From: an uncultured virus (IMG/VR IMGVR_UViG_3300028833_000093)
Lineage: Duplodnaviria; Heunggongvirae; Uroviricota; Caudoviricetes
Direction: 5' to 3' (one strand)
Virus record (IMG/VR): IMGVR_UViG_3300028833_000093
Length of the DNA stretch: 64,000 nt
Shown here: positions 37,143-46,839 of the stretch, piece by piece
Numbering within the stretch: position 1 is the stretch's first letter
Layout of the letters: every line of letters starts with the position of its first letter
Notes under the pieces: model-generated
Databases searched by the model: none
Told to the model about the DNA's origin: nothing
The model's input: only the letters and a program-made list of their open reading frames with translations
Position numbers and translations under genes: made by a program

Positions 37143-40100
37143 TTAGTATCTAGAAGTAAAGTTTTCGGTATTTTCTCTTACACCTCTCAATACATTTGTG
37201 ATTTCTTCTAGTGCATTCTTAATATCTTTTAAGTTCTTTTCTTGTTGTTTTTGTTTGTCGTCTTTAGCTTTATCGGCTTCAGCGGGTGTTCCGTTTTCGC
37301 CGGTAGCAGGAGTTTCGACGGTTCCGCCTTCTCCTCCAGGTTCGCCGTTATTCATACCTTCAAGAGTACCGTGTAATTTCTCTAGTATAACAACTAATTT
37401 TTCAGAAAGTACATCAGCTAACTTATCAAAATCGCCTTGTACTGATTTACTGAATTCCGCGATTTGCTCGAACATATCTCGTATTGATGTAATCTTTTCA
37501 ACATCAACAGAATTTGCTTTATCAATAAATCTTATAAAGTTATCAGTGTTCTTTTGAAGTACTCCTGTATTTATTTTAGACAATCTCTCTTGTTGAGCAA
37601 TAATAAATTTCAATTGTCCGTTTTGTCTTGGTACATCGCCTCCAACTTTGATACCGCCGTTACCGTTTTCATCTCCATACAATGCGCTAATATAGTTTTT
37701 AATTACATCGGCTATTATTGTCGGATTGCATTCTTGAGCGGTTCCGGATAAAGTTTTTAAGTTTTCTATAATCGGGGTTGTTGAGTTAATAGATTCAACG
37801 ATAGACTCTAATCCTTTCTTTGCTGCTTTAAGTTCTTTTTCAGTAACCTCTGGCTCTTTTATAATTTCAATAGAAGGATAAGGTATATTCAACCAACCTT
37901 TTTTCCAAACAAATTGGGATTCACCAACAAACAAATCATTCAATACCTTAAGATATGCTGTAATGGCTGTATGTATAGATCCAATTCCTTGAGCAATAAC
38001 TTTCTCATCCATTTCAGAACCCGTCTTTATAGCGTCCATTAAATCTTTAACCCCGCTCATCGAATCCATTATAGTAGCGAAATTATCTACCGCTCTTCCT
38101 TTCATTTTGGCAAGAGATTTCGCTAATTCTGGACTTGAGATAGCAGATAAAACCTCAGTCATCAAAGCAATGGTATTCGCTATTGCTGCTTTTCTTTCAT
38201 CATCTGTGATGGATCTAAAAGCAATAGGTTTACCTTCTTTATCCCAAGCGGTAGGAATATTCATTTGAGCCATCATCTGAACTACAGTAACAAGATTACT
38301 TAATTTTCCTATTACATCAAATACGATTGCCATTTTTGCAATAGCTTTCATACTTAAATCTTCTATTGCTTCCGCTACTGTTTGTCCTCCGAGCGCGCTA
38401 GATTTATATTCAGTCAAACCCCAGAGTAATGTAATTGCGATAATAGCAATATTCTCAGAAGCTGTAATAAAATCATCAGGAGTCATTTTTCTCCATCCGA
38501 GTGGTTTACCTTCTTGGTCAAATCCTTTTTCTTCATCCGGAACAATCAATGATGCCAAGTTCGCTAATGTACCAGCCATATTTCCAATAGCTTGTACTAC
38601 TACGCTTAATAACATCATCTTTATCATGGTTTGTCCCGTGATATTCTCTAAGGCAGCTTGTGTAATAGGAGCAATCTTTATTTTTTTACCTCCTACTGTA
38701 ACAGTGAATGCGGTTTCTCCAAACAAATTAGCTAATATAGATGTCATTGCTGCTGCATTGGCTGCTGCTTCAACGAAATCCTCGGTTGTCATTTTTTGGA
38801 ATGCTGTTGCTTTACCATCTTTATCAAATTCAGTAGGAATAGTCAGACTTGCAATTTGTTGAATTACCGAAGCAATAACTCCGAGAGCAATTACAACAGG
38901 TAATAACATCATCACTTTTGTAATAGCCATTCCTATTTTTATCATTCCTTTTAATCCAAACGAATCATTGATAGCATCAACAATCCATTTTGCAGCAAGA
39001 ATTGGAAGCTTAACCTCTTCTTCTGTAACATTGATTGATTGGAATACTTTCAACGCTAAAGCATAGATAAGCATAGCAGGACTGAACACAAGTAATGCTG
39101 CGCCTAAGATAATCAAGGCAGCTGATCCGAGAGCAATGAATACAGATGCTAGACCCATGAGAGTCATTACTTCAACCAATGCTAAGAACAAGTTCTTCAT
39201 ATTTGAAACTGTTTCTTCATTAAACAATTTCATTGCTAATGCAAATACTAAGAACGATGCAGAAACAATCAACAATGCAATAGCAATACCTTTTAATATC
39301 GCTATACCAGGTTCAATAAATGCGGCAGCAAATGTCAAAGCTGCACATATACCGATTACAATTGCAATAAATATACCAACAAGTAGTATTGCTAACCAGT
39401 TATCTTGTAATACTTTACCTGCTGCCGCCATTATGAATATATCTAAAGACAATACACCTAATGCTACCGCTAATAAAAGAACTTGTTTTCCTCCTTCTTG
39501 GATAGATTTTCCAGCTTTACCTAATACGAACATCAGACCAATTGCTAATCCAACAAATACTCCAACAAGAAGTATATATGCCCATTCTTCGGTAATCAAT
39601 TCTCCCATCAAAGCCCAAAGAAGTACGGTAAGCGATAACATTATAAGGGTCAATGACATTTTCAGCATGGATTTATTACCTCCATCGATAAATTTCATTG
39701 CCCATCCCAGAAGAGTAAATACACCAATTGCTAAAATTACAAATGCAACTGTAACAAGTATGCTTTTCCATTCTTCTATAATAAGGTCTCCCATGAGTGC
39801 CCATAGTAGAACAGTCAATGATAGCATCAATAAAGTCATTGAAATTTGTTTTACAGAAACCTGACCAACTTTTATCAATCCTATCATCTCACCCAAGAAA
39901 GTAAATACAAGTATCGCTAACATTACAAATCCTATTGTAATCAATATTTCTTTCCAGGATTCGATTATCAATTGACCCATAAGTGCCCACATGAGAACCG
40001 TCAAAGAAAGTATTATAATTGTTTTCGCCATTGCTGCTATCGTTACATCAGCAACCATTATCTTCATCTGGGTTTTTGGTCCAAACAATTTCAAGAATAT

Positions 40101-40751
40101 CCAAACGAAAGTCTTTAATGCTAATAATGATACAATTGCTGTTAATGGAACTAATCCACCGAGAGTAGCGAGAACAAATACTAATAATCCCTTAGCCATG
40201 ATACCTAACATTTGTCCCATAATTGCAGCTCCAACAGAACCAGCAACACCAATAGTACCAATTGTATTTAACTTGATACTTAATTGTATCATCATAGTTA
40301 TAATCTTATTGATAATTGGTTTTATGAGAAGTATTATTGGTCCAGATGCGGCTATCGTTCTCATATCAGCCGTCATCTCAGCTAAGCTTTTAACGATAGT
40401 TTTCAATACAAGAATAGATTTCGCTGACTTTGGATCTACCCAAATATTTCCTAATCTAAGCGAAATATATTGGATATTATCAACGAGCGAACGTACTGCA
40501 AACCTAAATTTCAATGTTGCAATAGGTCCGCCGATTTTCAGCATGCTCATCTCTTTAGTAATGGTATTTAATGCTTTAATCGTTTCCGAAATTGGTTTAA
40601 CCGTATCTACAACATTCTTCAACATCGCTTGGTCGACTTTACCTTTTACGATAACGTCATTGATATTCTTGATAGCTTCAATTTGAGCTTCAAGAATCTC
40701 TGCAATATTTGTAGATGACAATTTGTTATTACCTTTACCGGCTAAACCCAT
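37143..40751 (-). CDS. probable tape measure protein
   Basis: 1202 aa, helical, with hydrophobic repeats (LSLTVLxWALMG x3) and three PxxxDxxGK repeats; late motif at 40776-40783. Confidence 0.65.
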   Translation of the reverse strand: MGLAGKGNNKLSSTNIAEILEAQIEAIKNINDVIVKGKVDQAMLKNVVDTVKPISETIKALNTITKEMSMLKIGGPIATLKFRFAVRSLVDNIQYISLRLGNIWVDPKSAKSILVLKTIVKSLAEMTADMRTIAASGPIILLIKPIINKIITMMIQLSIKLNTIGTIGVAGSVGAAIMGQMLGIMAKGLLVFVLATLGGLVPLTAIVSLLALKTFVWIFLKLFGPKTQMKIMVADVTIAAMAKTIIILSLTVLMWALMGQLIIESWKEILITIGFVMLAILVFTFLGEMIGLIKVGQVSVKQISMTLLMLSLTVLLWALMGDLIIEEWKSILVTVAFVILAIGVFTLLGWAMKFIDGGNKSMLKMSLTLIMLSLTVLLWALMGELITEEWAYILLVGVFVGLAIGLMFVLGKAGKSIQEGGKQVLLLAVALGVLSLDIFIMAAAGKVLQDNWLAILLVGIFIAIVIGICAALTFAAAFIEPGIAILKGIAIALLIVSASFLVFALAMKLFNEETVSNMKNLFLALVEVMTLMGLASVFIALGSAALIILGAALLVFSPAMLIYALALKVFQSINVTEEEVKLPILAAKWIVDAINDSFGLKGMIKIGMAITKVMMLLPVVIALGVIASVIQQIASLTIPTEFDKDGKATAFQKMTTEDFVEAAANAAAMTSILANLFGETAFTVTVGGKKIKIAPITQAALENITGQTMIKMMLLSVVVQAIGNMAGTLANLASLIVPDEEKGFDQEGKPLGWRKMTPDDFITASENIAIIAITLLWGLTEYKSSALGGQTVAEAIEDLSMKAIAKMAIVFDVIGKLSNLVTVVQMMAQMNIPTAWDKEGKPIAFRSITDDERKAAIANTIALMTEVLSAISSPELAKSLAKMKGRAVDNFATIMDSMSGVKDLMDAIKTGSEMDEKVIAQGIGSIHTAITAYLKVLNDLFVGESQFVWKKGWLNIPYPSIEIIKEPEVTEKELKAAKKGLESIVESINSTTPIIENLKTLSGTAQECNPTIIADVIKNYISALYGDENGNGGIKVGGDVPRQNGQLKFIIAQQERLSKINTGVLQKNTDNFIRFIDKANSVDVEKITSIRDMFEQIAEFSKSVQGDFDKLADVLSEKLVVILEKLHGTLEGMNNGEPGGEGGTVETPATGENGTPAEADKAKDDKQKQQEKNLKDIKNALEEITNVLRGVRENTENFTSRY

Positions 40752-40843
40752 TACTAACCCTTTATATTTATGATAAATAATAAAACTATTAGCAATCTTT
40801 ATTTATTATTATGTATGTAGTAAATTAAAATAAGAGAATAATT

Positions 40844-42763
40844 ATGTTTGGATTTTTAGCACTTGGATTTTTCTCAGCAATGGCCTTGAAAAGTCATCAA
40901 AGTGGTGGCGGTTCAGGTGGAGGCTTGCTTGCAGGAATAGTTGCAGCATTGGCTTCTATAAAAATGATTAAACAATACTTAAAAGACCTAGGCTGGGCCA
41001 AAGATAAAGATAAAGATAAAAAAGAAGACGATAAATCTGATTATAGCGGTATAGACGGAGGTGATTACGAAAAAGATTTCGGTATCACTGGACTTGATAC
41101 AGGTAAAGACGAAGAAGTAGATCCTGTAACCCTTAATAAGAACCGTAGTTTAGCTATGATGCAAAGAGCTGTTGAAAATGCCCCTGATGAAGAGAAAGAA
41201 AAAACTCAAAAAGCATACGACGCTTATGTAAAATGTATGTATAATGATGACGGGACAGAGAAAACTGAGGAAGAAATGAACGCAGCGCTTCAGGATTTAA
41301 AAACGAATAATAAAGATTTATACGATTCAATAACAGATAGTGTTAAAACGCTTTCTGAAGATCCTAAGGCAATGGATGAATATGTAGAAGAAGTAAAAAA
41401 TATAAATCCTAATCAAGCTGCCGCTGCAGCAGAACAAGCTCAAGCAGACAGAATACGAATCCGTATGAGAGAACAAACTGAAGAGACTGATAAAGAGATT
41501 GCTAAATTAGAAACAAATACTCCTGATGCAGATAAAGAGAAAGATGAATATAAAAATAAATTAAAAGACCTTAAAGAAAGAAAGAAAGCTATTGAAACTC
41601 AAGGAAAATCAGAAATAAAGGAGCATGAGGATAAAGCTAAATCTTTGAAAAACAAACCTTATGAAGGAGCACAAACTGCTCGTGAAAATGAAGAAATCGC
41701 ACAGGGATTAGATGAATTAAAAGAGAATCGAGATCTTCGTAAAGAACTTGGAGGTAAAGACGGGGTTGCAAAAATGACTGCTGAATATGAACAATACAGC
41801 AGTGGTATTGAGGGATTTACAATTAATCAAATCACAAGCGGAGAATTATCTGAAGACGAAGAACGACAAATAAATGATTTTTGTAAAGAAAATGATATTG
41901 ATAGAGGAACATTAGAAGCTTATTACGATTATCAACAATGCGATCCCAAAGATAAAGATAAAAAGAAAAAAGCATTTGAAGATAAGGTTAAAAAACAAAT
42001 AAGTAAACGATGCGATGCATTGGATAAAGAGTATGAGCAAAAACGTAAATCTTTACAAGAAAAAGTAAACAAGCACAACGAATCAATAAATAAAAATAAA
42101 ACTCCACAAGGGGAAACAGGCTCAGGTAACGGTTCTGGTTCAGATAATGGTTCTGGTTCAGATAATGGTTCTGGTTCAGATAATGGTTCTGGTTCAGGTA
42201 ACGGAACAGCTCAACAAACAAATAGCAAAAATGATATAAATAAAAAGTTTGAGCTAACAAACAAGGAAGGAAAAAAATTAGAGGTTAAAAAAGTAAAACA
42301 AAAAGATGGTTCCGTTAAGTACTTTACAAAAGATGGTGATAAAGAAAAAGAGATAAGCGAAGAAGCTTTCAAAAAAGCTCAAGAAAAATTCAAAAAGAAT
42401 GCAGAAAAACAAGTAGAAAAACTACAAAAAGAGCTAAAAGGACTTGATGAAGAAAATGATAAAGACAGAATTAAAGAGATACAAGACGAACTAAAATCCC
42501 AAGCTAAATCAATAGGAAAGAAAGACAGCTCTTTCTTGCCAAAAGAAGAGGAACACGGAGATAAAAAATATAAAACCATGATTGGTCCAAGAAAAGGTAA
42601 GTATTATAAAGTGAATTCCGGATCTGGATGGGGACCTTGGAATAATTATACCGGAAAACATCCTTGGGAGTCTGCAATATCAGATTACTTAAAAGATAAA
42701 CTCATTGTAGAACATTTTAACCCAAAGAATGATATTTCAGAATACCTAAAATCTTGCTTCTAA
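40844..42763 (+). CDS. charged coiled-coil protein with a hydrophobic N-terminus; possible ejected virion protein
   Basis: 639 aa; GSGSDN repeats; C-terminal GPRKGKYY; late motif at 40803-40810. Confidence 0.7.
   Translation: MFGFLALGFFSAMALKSHQSGGGSGGGLLAGIVAALASIKMIKQYLKDLGWAKDKDKDKKEDDKSDYSGIDGGDYEKDFGITGLDTGKDEEVDPVTLNKNRSLAMMQRAVENAPDEEKEKTQKAYDAYVKCMYNDDGTEKTEEEMNAALQDLKTNNKDLYDSITDSVKTLSEDPKAMDEYVEEVKNINPNQAAAAAEQAQADRIRIRMREQTEETDKEIAKLETNTPDADKEKDEYKNKLKDLKERKKAIETQGKSEIKEHEDKAKSLKNKPYEGAQTARENEEIAQGLDELKENRDLRKELGGKDGVAKMTAEYEQYSSGIEGFTINQITSGELSEDEERQINDFCKENDIDRGTLEAYYDYQQCDPKDKDKKKKAFEDKVKKQISKRCDALDKEYEQKRKSLQEKVNKHNESINKNKTPQGETGSGNGSGSDNGSGSDNGSGSDNGSGSGNGTAQQTNSKNDINKKFELTNKEGKKLEVKKVKQKDGSVKYFTKDGDKEKEISEEAFKKAQEKFKKNAEKQVEKLQKELKGLDEENDKDRIKEIQDELKSQAKSIGKKDSSFLPKEEEHGDKKYKTMIGPRKGKYYKVNSGSGWGPWNNYTGKHPWESAISDYLKDKLIVEHFNPKNDISEYLKSCF
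42131..42202 (+). repeat. 4 x 18-bp coding tandem repeat (GSGSDN)
   Basis: GGTTCTGGTTCAGATAAT x3 plus one variant copy. Confidence 0.95.
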
Positions 42764-42858
42764 AAATCCAAAATACCAATTTGAAGAGAGACAGTAAAAA
42801 CTGCCTCTCTTTTTTATATCTTTATACGATTATCAACTTAAAATTTTTATTTATAAAT

Positions 42859-43218
42859 ATGGATTTATTTAACAAAAAGAAAATCGCAGCACTGCAAGAT
42901 GAGCTAACTCTTGTATCTGCAAATCTTGAAGCAACAACTAAAGAATTAGATGACCTCAAGAACAAAGTATTAAAATCGTATGATGAACTGACAGATTATT
43001 TCGCACCAAAGTATTTAAAAAAGTACTTCAAAATGAATTATGCGGACAAAGAAGTATATTTCCGCTGTGACCATTTGAAATATGATGGAGGAATTATTTT
43101 GATGGATGTATTATTGTCTGGCGATGAAGGATTATCTGAGCTAACATTGTCTGTTTCAGAATTAAAACAACTAAAAATTACAACAAAACAAGAGTATTTG
43201 AAAGGAGGAAATAAATAA
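42859..43218 (+). CDS. hypothetical protein
   Basis: Start reassigned to the ATG at 42859, downstream of a terminator at about 42784-42815. Confidence 0.7.
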   Translation: MDLFNKKKIAALQDELTLVSANLEATTKELDDLKNKVLKSYDELTDYFAPKYLKKYFKMNYADKEVYFRCDHLKYDGGIILMDVLLSGDEGLSELTLSVSELKQLKITTKQEYLKGGNK

Positions 43219-43844
43219 TGGTAAGAGAAGAATGGTTGAGGAAGGCAGTTGAAATGCTTGACTCTGAAGTATTTAAAGGCGGTTTGGATGTATTGAATAA
43301 TAATTATCAAATTGCATGTGGTTGGACAAGACGTGGTAAAACATCAGAGGTTATATTTCCTTATGATGGTGCTGACGTACAATTGGACGATTTGTTCCCA
43401 AACACAATTCACGTAAGCGTAACATGCTCAGATCCTATTGAGATGCTGACTAATCTTGCTTACTCCTGTATTCAATGCTTTTATGGAATTCGTTCTACTA
43501 CAAATAGAAAGTTCAAGACATTAGCCGAGAGTTTTTATTTCGATGCCCCGTATAATAAGTGTACTCCTTCATCATATCTTCTTGATTTGATTAAGAATGT
43601 ATATGAAAAGATGGTAGCACGATATGGCGAATTCCCAGGTAAAGCGATCGTAATTCGTAAACGTGAAAAAGGACAAGGTTCCAAGAATACTGTAAAGATG
43701 TTCTGTCCAGCGTGTGGATATGAGATGAAAACAACTCGTAAGATGTTTGAGAAACACGGAAGCAAATTACCTACGTGTGTTTGTGGTACTAAAATGGCGT
43801 TGGATTTAGAAGATGAAGAAGACGAGACAAAATTAGAAGAGTAA
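43218..43844 (+). CDS. SprT-like protein with a degenerate HExxH and a C-terminal zinc ribbon
   Basis: REEWL...IACGW...DPIEMLTNLAYSCIQ...CPACGY...PTCVCG. Confidence 0.6.
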   Translation: MVREEWLRKAVEMLDSEVFKGGLDVLNNNYQIACGWTRRGKTSEVIFPYDGADVQLDDLFPNTIHVSVTCSDPIEMLTNLAYSCIQCFYGIRSTTNRKFKTLAESFYFDAPYNKCTPSSYLLDLIKNVYEKMVARYGEFPGKAIVIRKREKGQGSKNTVKMFCPACGYEMKTTRKMFEKHGSKLPTCVCGTKMALDLEDEEDETKLEE

Positions 43845-43847
43845 TGA

Positions 43848-43991
43848 ATGCGTTCACCTAAAATCAAAATACCACAGATAGATTTATCAACATTTGCCGC
43901 AGAAAATCTCAGTATTGACCCATTTTGGGACGATCTGATAGCAAATGGAGATAAATCATATAAGGAACACAAAAAACGAAGAGCACAATAA
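43848..43991 (+). CDS. 47-aa hypothetical protein
   Basis: MRSPKIKIPQIDLSTFAAENLSIDPFWDDLIANGDKSYKEHKKRRAQ; followed by a terminator. Confidence 0.5.
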   Translation: MRSPKIKIPQIDLSTFAAENLSIDPFWDDLIANGDKSYKEHKKRRAQ

Positions 43992-44010
43992 AAAGTTGTG
44001 CTCTTTTTTA

Positions 44011-44024
44011 TATATTTATTTGTA
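44011..44024 (+). promoter_or_regulatory. candidate early/middle promoter TATATTnnnTTGTA
   Basis: TATATT-TAT-TTGTA immediately after a terminator, heading the gp47 operon. Confidence 0.6.
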
Positions 44025-44142
44025 ATATATTAGGAGCATGATAGTAAAAACAGATGCACTACAAATTGAAGGTTATTGTCCTTTAATTCATGTAGAGAAA
44101 GCATGGATGGGTATTTTAAATAATAGAAAAAAGTAATAAATC

Positions 44143-44295
44143 ATGACAAAAAGAGAAATAATTATGCAAGAACAAATTAGTGATTATTGTAATAATTGTA
44201 AAAGAAGACTTGACTTTACCTGTTTAGGCAGGTCAGTAAGCTGTTATGAGTATGATCCAATCATACCTAATAAATATGGACATAAACAAAAATGA
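44143..44295 (+). CDS. 50-aa Cys-rich protein
   Basis: MTKREIIMQEQISDYCNNCKRRLDFTCLGRSVSCYEYDPIIPNKYGHKQK; ATGA overlap with the next gene. Confidence 0.55.
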   Translation: MTKREIIMQEQISDYCNNCKRRLDFTCLGRSVSCYEYDPIIPNKYGHKQK

Positions 44296-45266
44296 AAACA
44301 ATAATCTTATCAGATACCCATTATGGTATAAAGCAAAATTCAATTACCTGGATGAACTCCCAAGTAGATTTCTTGTACAAAGAATTTCTTCCATTTGTCA
44401 AACACTTAAAACAAGAAGGTCCGATACAAGTAGTTCATTGTGGCGATGTGTTCGACAGTCGTAGTTCAATCAACCCGCTTATTGCAAGTAATATTCGTAA
44501 AGCATTCAAAGAAATTGCCAAAGAATGTAATTTTTATATTGTGGCAGGCAATCACGACTTCTATTCTCCTAATGAAGACGACATTTCTGCATTGGATTTA
44601 ACTTTACAACACATACCTAATTTATATATCGTGCGTGATAAGATAGAATGTGTTGGGGATTCTTTGTTGGTTCCATGGTATGAGTTTAACAAAAAAGAAG
44701 AACTTGGGAAAGTCATTCAAGAACATAAACCAAAACACATATTTTGTCATACCGACTTAACCCGGCTTTCACCAGAATATAAAGCATTACTAAGAGGAAT
44801 TCATTGTTATTCTGGACATATTCACTCACCACAGAAAGATGGAAACCTTGTTACTCTCGGCAGTACATATCCATTAACTTTCGCAGATAGCAATTCAGAA
44901 CGTGGATTTTATATACTCAATAACGATACAGAAGAATTGTTATTTGTCAAAGCAAAAAATGTGATTAAGTTCTGGCGGTTCTATAATAAAGAGATATTCG
45001 ATATTGATGTAACAAAAGTTAAAAATGACTATATCGAGCTGTATATCAATAAGTTAAATCTAATGAATGAAGAATATACAGAGCGCATCTCATTCTTGAC
45101 TTCAAAAATACACAATATTGTCGTAGTGCCAAATTCCGAAGTCGAGCACAAAGAAGAGGAAGTAGAGTTCACTAATTACAATATCGAGGAGATTTGTAAA
45201 GCAAACATCCCTGATGAATTAAAAGAAAAATTCAAAGAAATATCTGAAAAAGATTTACAAAACTAA
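44292..45266 (+). CDS. recombination nuclease subunit (T4 gp47 / Mre11 / SbcD family)
   Basis: SDTHYG, GDVFD, GNHD, SGHIH and GS.Y..TFAD....RGF motifs. Confidence 0.9.
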   Translation: MKTIILSDTHYGIKQNSITWMNSQVDFLYKEFLPFVKHLKQEGPIQVVHCGDVFDSRSSINPLIASNIRKAFKEIAKECNFYIVAGNHDFYSPNEDDISALDLTLQHIPNLYIVRDKIECVGDSLLVPWYEFNKKEELGKVIQEHKPKHIFCHTDLTRLSPEYKALLRGIHCYSGHIHSPQKDGNLVTLGSTYPLTFADSNSERGFYILNNDTEELLFVKAKNVIKFWRFYNKEIFDIDVTKVKNDYIELYINKLNLMNEEYTERISFLTSKIHNIVVVPNSEVEHKEEEVEFTNYNIEEICKANIPDELKEKFKEISEKDLQN

Positions 45267-45311
45267 ATCAATCACTTTATAATTGTGTAAAATATAATAA
45301 AGCTTTAATAT

Positions 45312-46382
45312 ATGACAAATGATGAAATGCTAGAAAATCAAATTGGTAATCTCGGTGGTGAAGAACACAAAGAGGAAAACAGTTTGATAGGAAAGAAATT
45401 GAAACATGTGCCGGGTCAGAAAGACAATTTATCTGAAAACGAGAATGAAGACATGGAAGAATTCCTTAGTCGTTCAAGAAGTAGAAGTAAGATTGTGAAA
45501 GAACCGGGTGCAGATGAAGGAGAAAATAGGTTCCCTAGAATTTCAGAAGGATGGAACCAAATTGACCGTGCTGAATTAGGCATTCGTTCACAATTCTATC
45601 CGGACGATTGGACATTCTATATTCGTCCTGCTACCGTAGAAGCAATTAAGAACTGGAGCGCTATTGATGAAGAGCGTTTAGATGTGTTGAATGGTGTATT
45701 TAATGACATTGTTCGTTCTTGTGTAAGCATTAAAGCAGCAAGTGGTAGTATTCCTTGGAACCGTATCAATAGCTGGGACCGTTTCTGGTTTATTTTGAAA
45801 GTTCGTGAGCTAACATTTAAGTCGGGTGAAGCAAAGATTGAATTTACCGATACCTGTCCTGAATGTGAACAAGAATTGGTATACAAGTTAGAACCAAGTG
45901 CTCTTTTCTATGAATTCCCTGATGAAGATATTGTATCGAAACACTGGAATGCATACGAGCGTGTTTGGTATATCGATCCACACGATTATGATTTGGACAG
46001 AGCACCAGTAAAATTGTATATTCCAACACTTGAGAAAGACCAAGCAATTCTCGATTGGGGTATTGCAAGAGCACGTGCAAGTAAGAAATTAGACCAAACC
46101 TTCTTGAAATTCTTGCCTTGGATGCTGTCTAAAGCTCCGAAAGATGCAAATGTGCTTGATAAATTCATTATGGAATGTTATCAAGTATATAAGAGCTGGG
46201 ATGTAGATATGTTTGAATTTATGGACGATGTAGTTCGTAATATCACTATCAATCCTTCAGAGAACTTGAAACAAGTATGTCCTCATTGCGGCGAGGAGGT
46301 CGTATCCAATGTTCGATTTCCAAACGGGGTTCGAGCTCTATTCAAGACTGAAGCTAAGCATGCTAAGTTCGGATCTCGTTAA
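45312..46382 (+). CDS. baseplate hub / tail assembly protein (T4 gp26-like)
   Basis: IRPATVE, DRFWFILKVRELTF, CPEC and CPHC. Confidence 0.65.
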   Translation: MTNDEMLENQIGNLGGEEHKEENSLIGKKLKHVPGQKDNLSENENEDMEEFLSRSRSRSKIVKEPGADEGENRFPRISEGWNQIDRAELGIRSQFYPDDWTFYIRPATVEAIKNWSAIDEERLDVLNGVFNDIVRSCVSIKAASGSIPWNRINSWDRFWFILKVRELTFKSGEAKIEFTDTCPECEQELVYKLEPSALFYEFPDEDIVSKHWNAYERVWYIDPHDYDLDRAPVKLYIPTLEKDQAILDWGIARARASKKLDQTFLKFLPWMLSKAPKDANVLDKFIMECYQVYKSWDVDMFEFMDDVVRNITINPSENLKQVCPHCGEEVVSNVRFPNGVRALFKTEAKHAKFGSR

Positions 46383-46752
46383 TTATGACGAGGAAGAACT
46401 TAAAAAAGAGTTTTTGAGGAGAATTGACCCATCGCATCCGGTATTAGAATTCAGTGTAATAAAATTATTCCAGATAAGACTATTAAACTTGATTAAAAAC
46501 AAGGTAGGTCTAGCTAAAAACTTTTATATTGCACCTTCTGAGATTGACCGAATGTATTATTGGGAGTATGAATACATGCTTGATGAAGTTAATAATAATA
46601 TCAAGACAGAAAACGAAAGACAAGAGAAAGAGAATGCAAAATATGGTGATATGAGTCCAAGATCTATGATGCGAGAAGCAAGAAGTTCCATGCCTCATAT
46701 GCCTAAATCGCCTTCGTTTAGTATGCCAAGTGTACCTTCATTTAAGCACTAA
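46309..46752 (+). CDS. baseplate hub assembly chaperone (T4 gp51-like); start uncertain
   Basis: PSEIDRMYYWEYEYMLDEV...KTENE pattern, directly after the gp26-like gene. Confidence 0.6.
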   Translation: MFDFQTGFELYSRLKLSMLSSDLVNYDEEELKKEFLRRIDPSHPVLEFSVIKLFQIRLLNLIKNKVGLAKNFYIAPSEIDRMYYWEYEYMLDEVNNNIKTENERQEKENAKYGDMSPRSMMREARSSMPHMPKSPSFSMPSVPSFKH

Positions 46753-46756
46753 AAAG

Positions 46757-46788
46757 AGCCAGTGAGATTAATTTCTCACTGGTTTTTT
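46757..46788 (+). terminator. intrinsic terminator
   Basis: GCCAGTGAGA-TTAATT-TCTCACTGGT followed by a T-tract. Confidence 0.8.
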
Positions 46789-46839
46789 GTATGTTATCTT
46801 GTAATCATTTATTGTCTAACTTCTAAAACTCTTACTGAA

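Noticed and set aside
37198..40686. Long + strand ORFs (e.g. 39136..39864, 39991..40686) and similar antisense ORFs elsewhere
   Set aside because: They are shadows of real genes on the opposite strand and have no recognisable motifs
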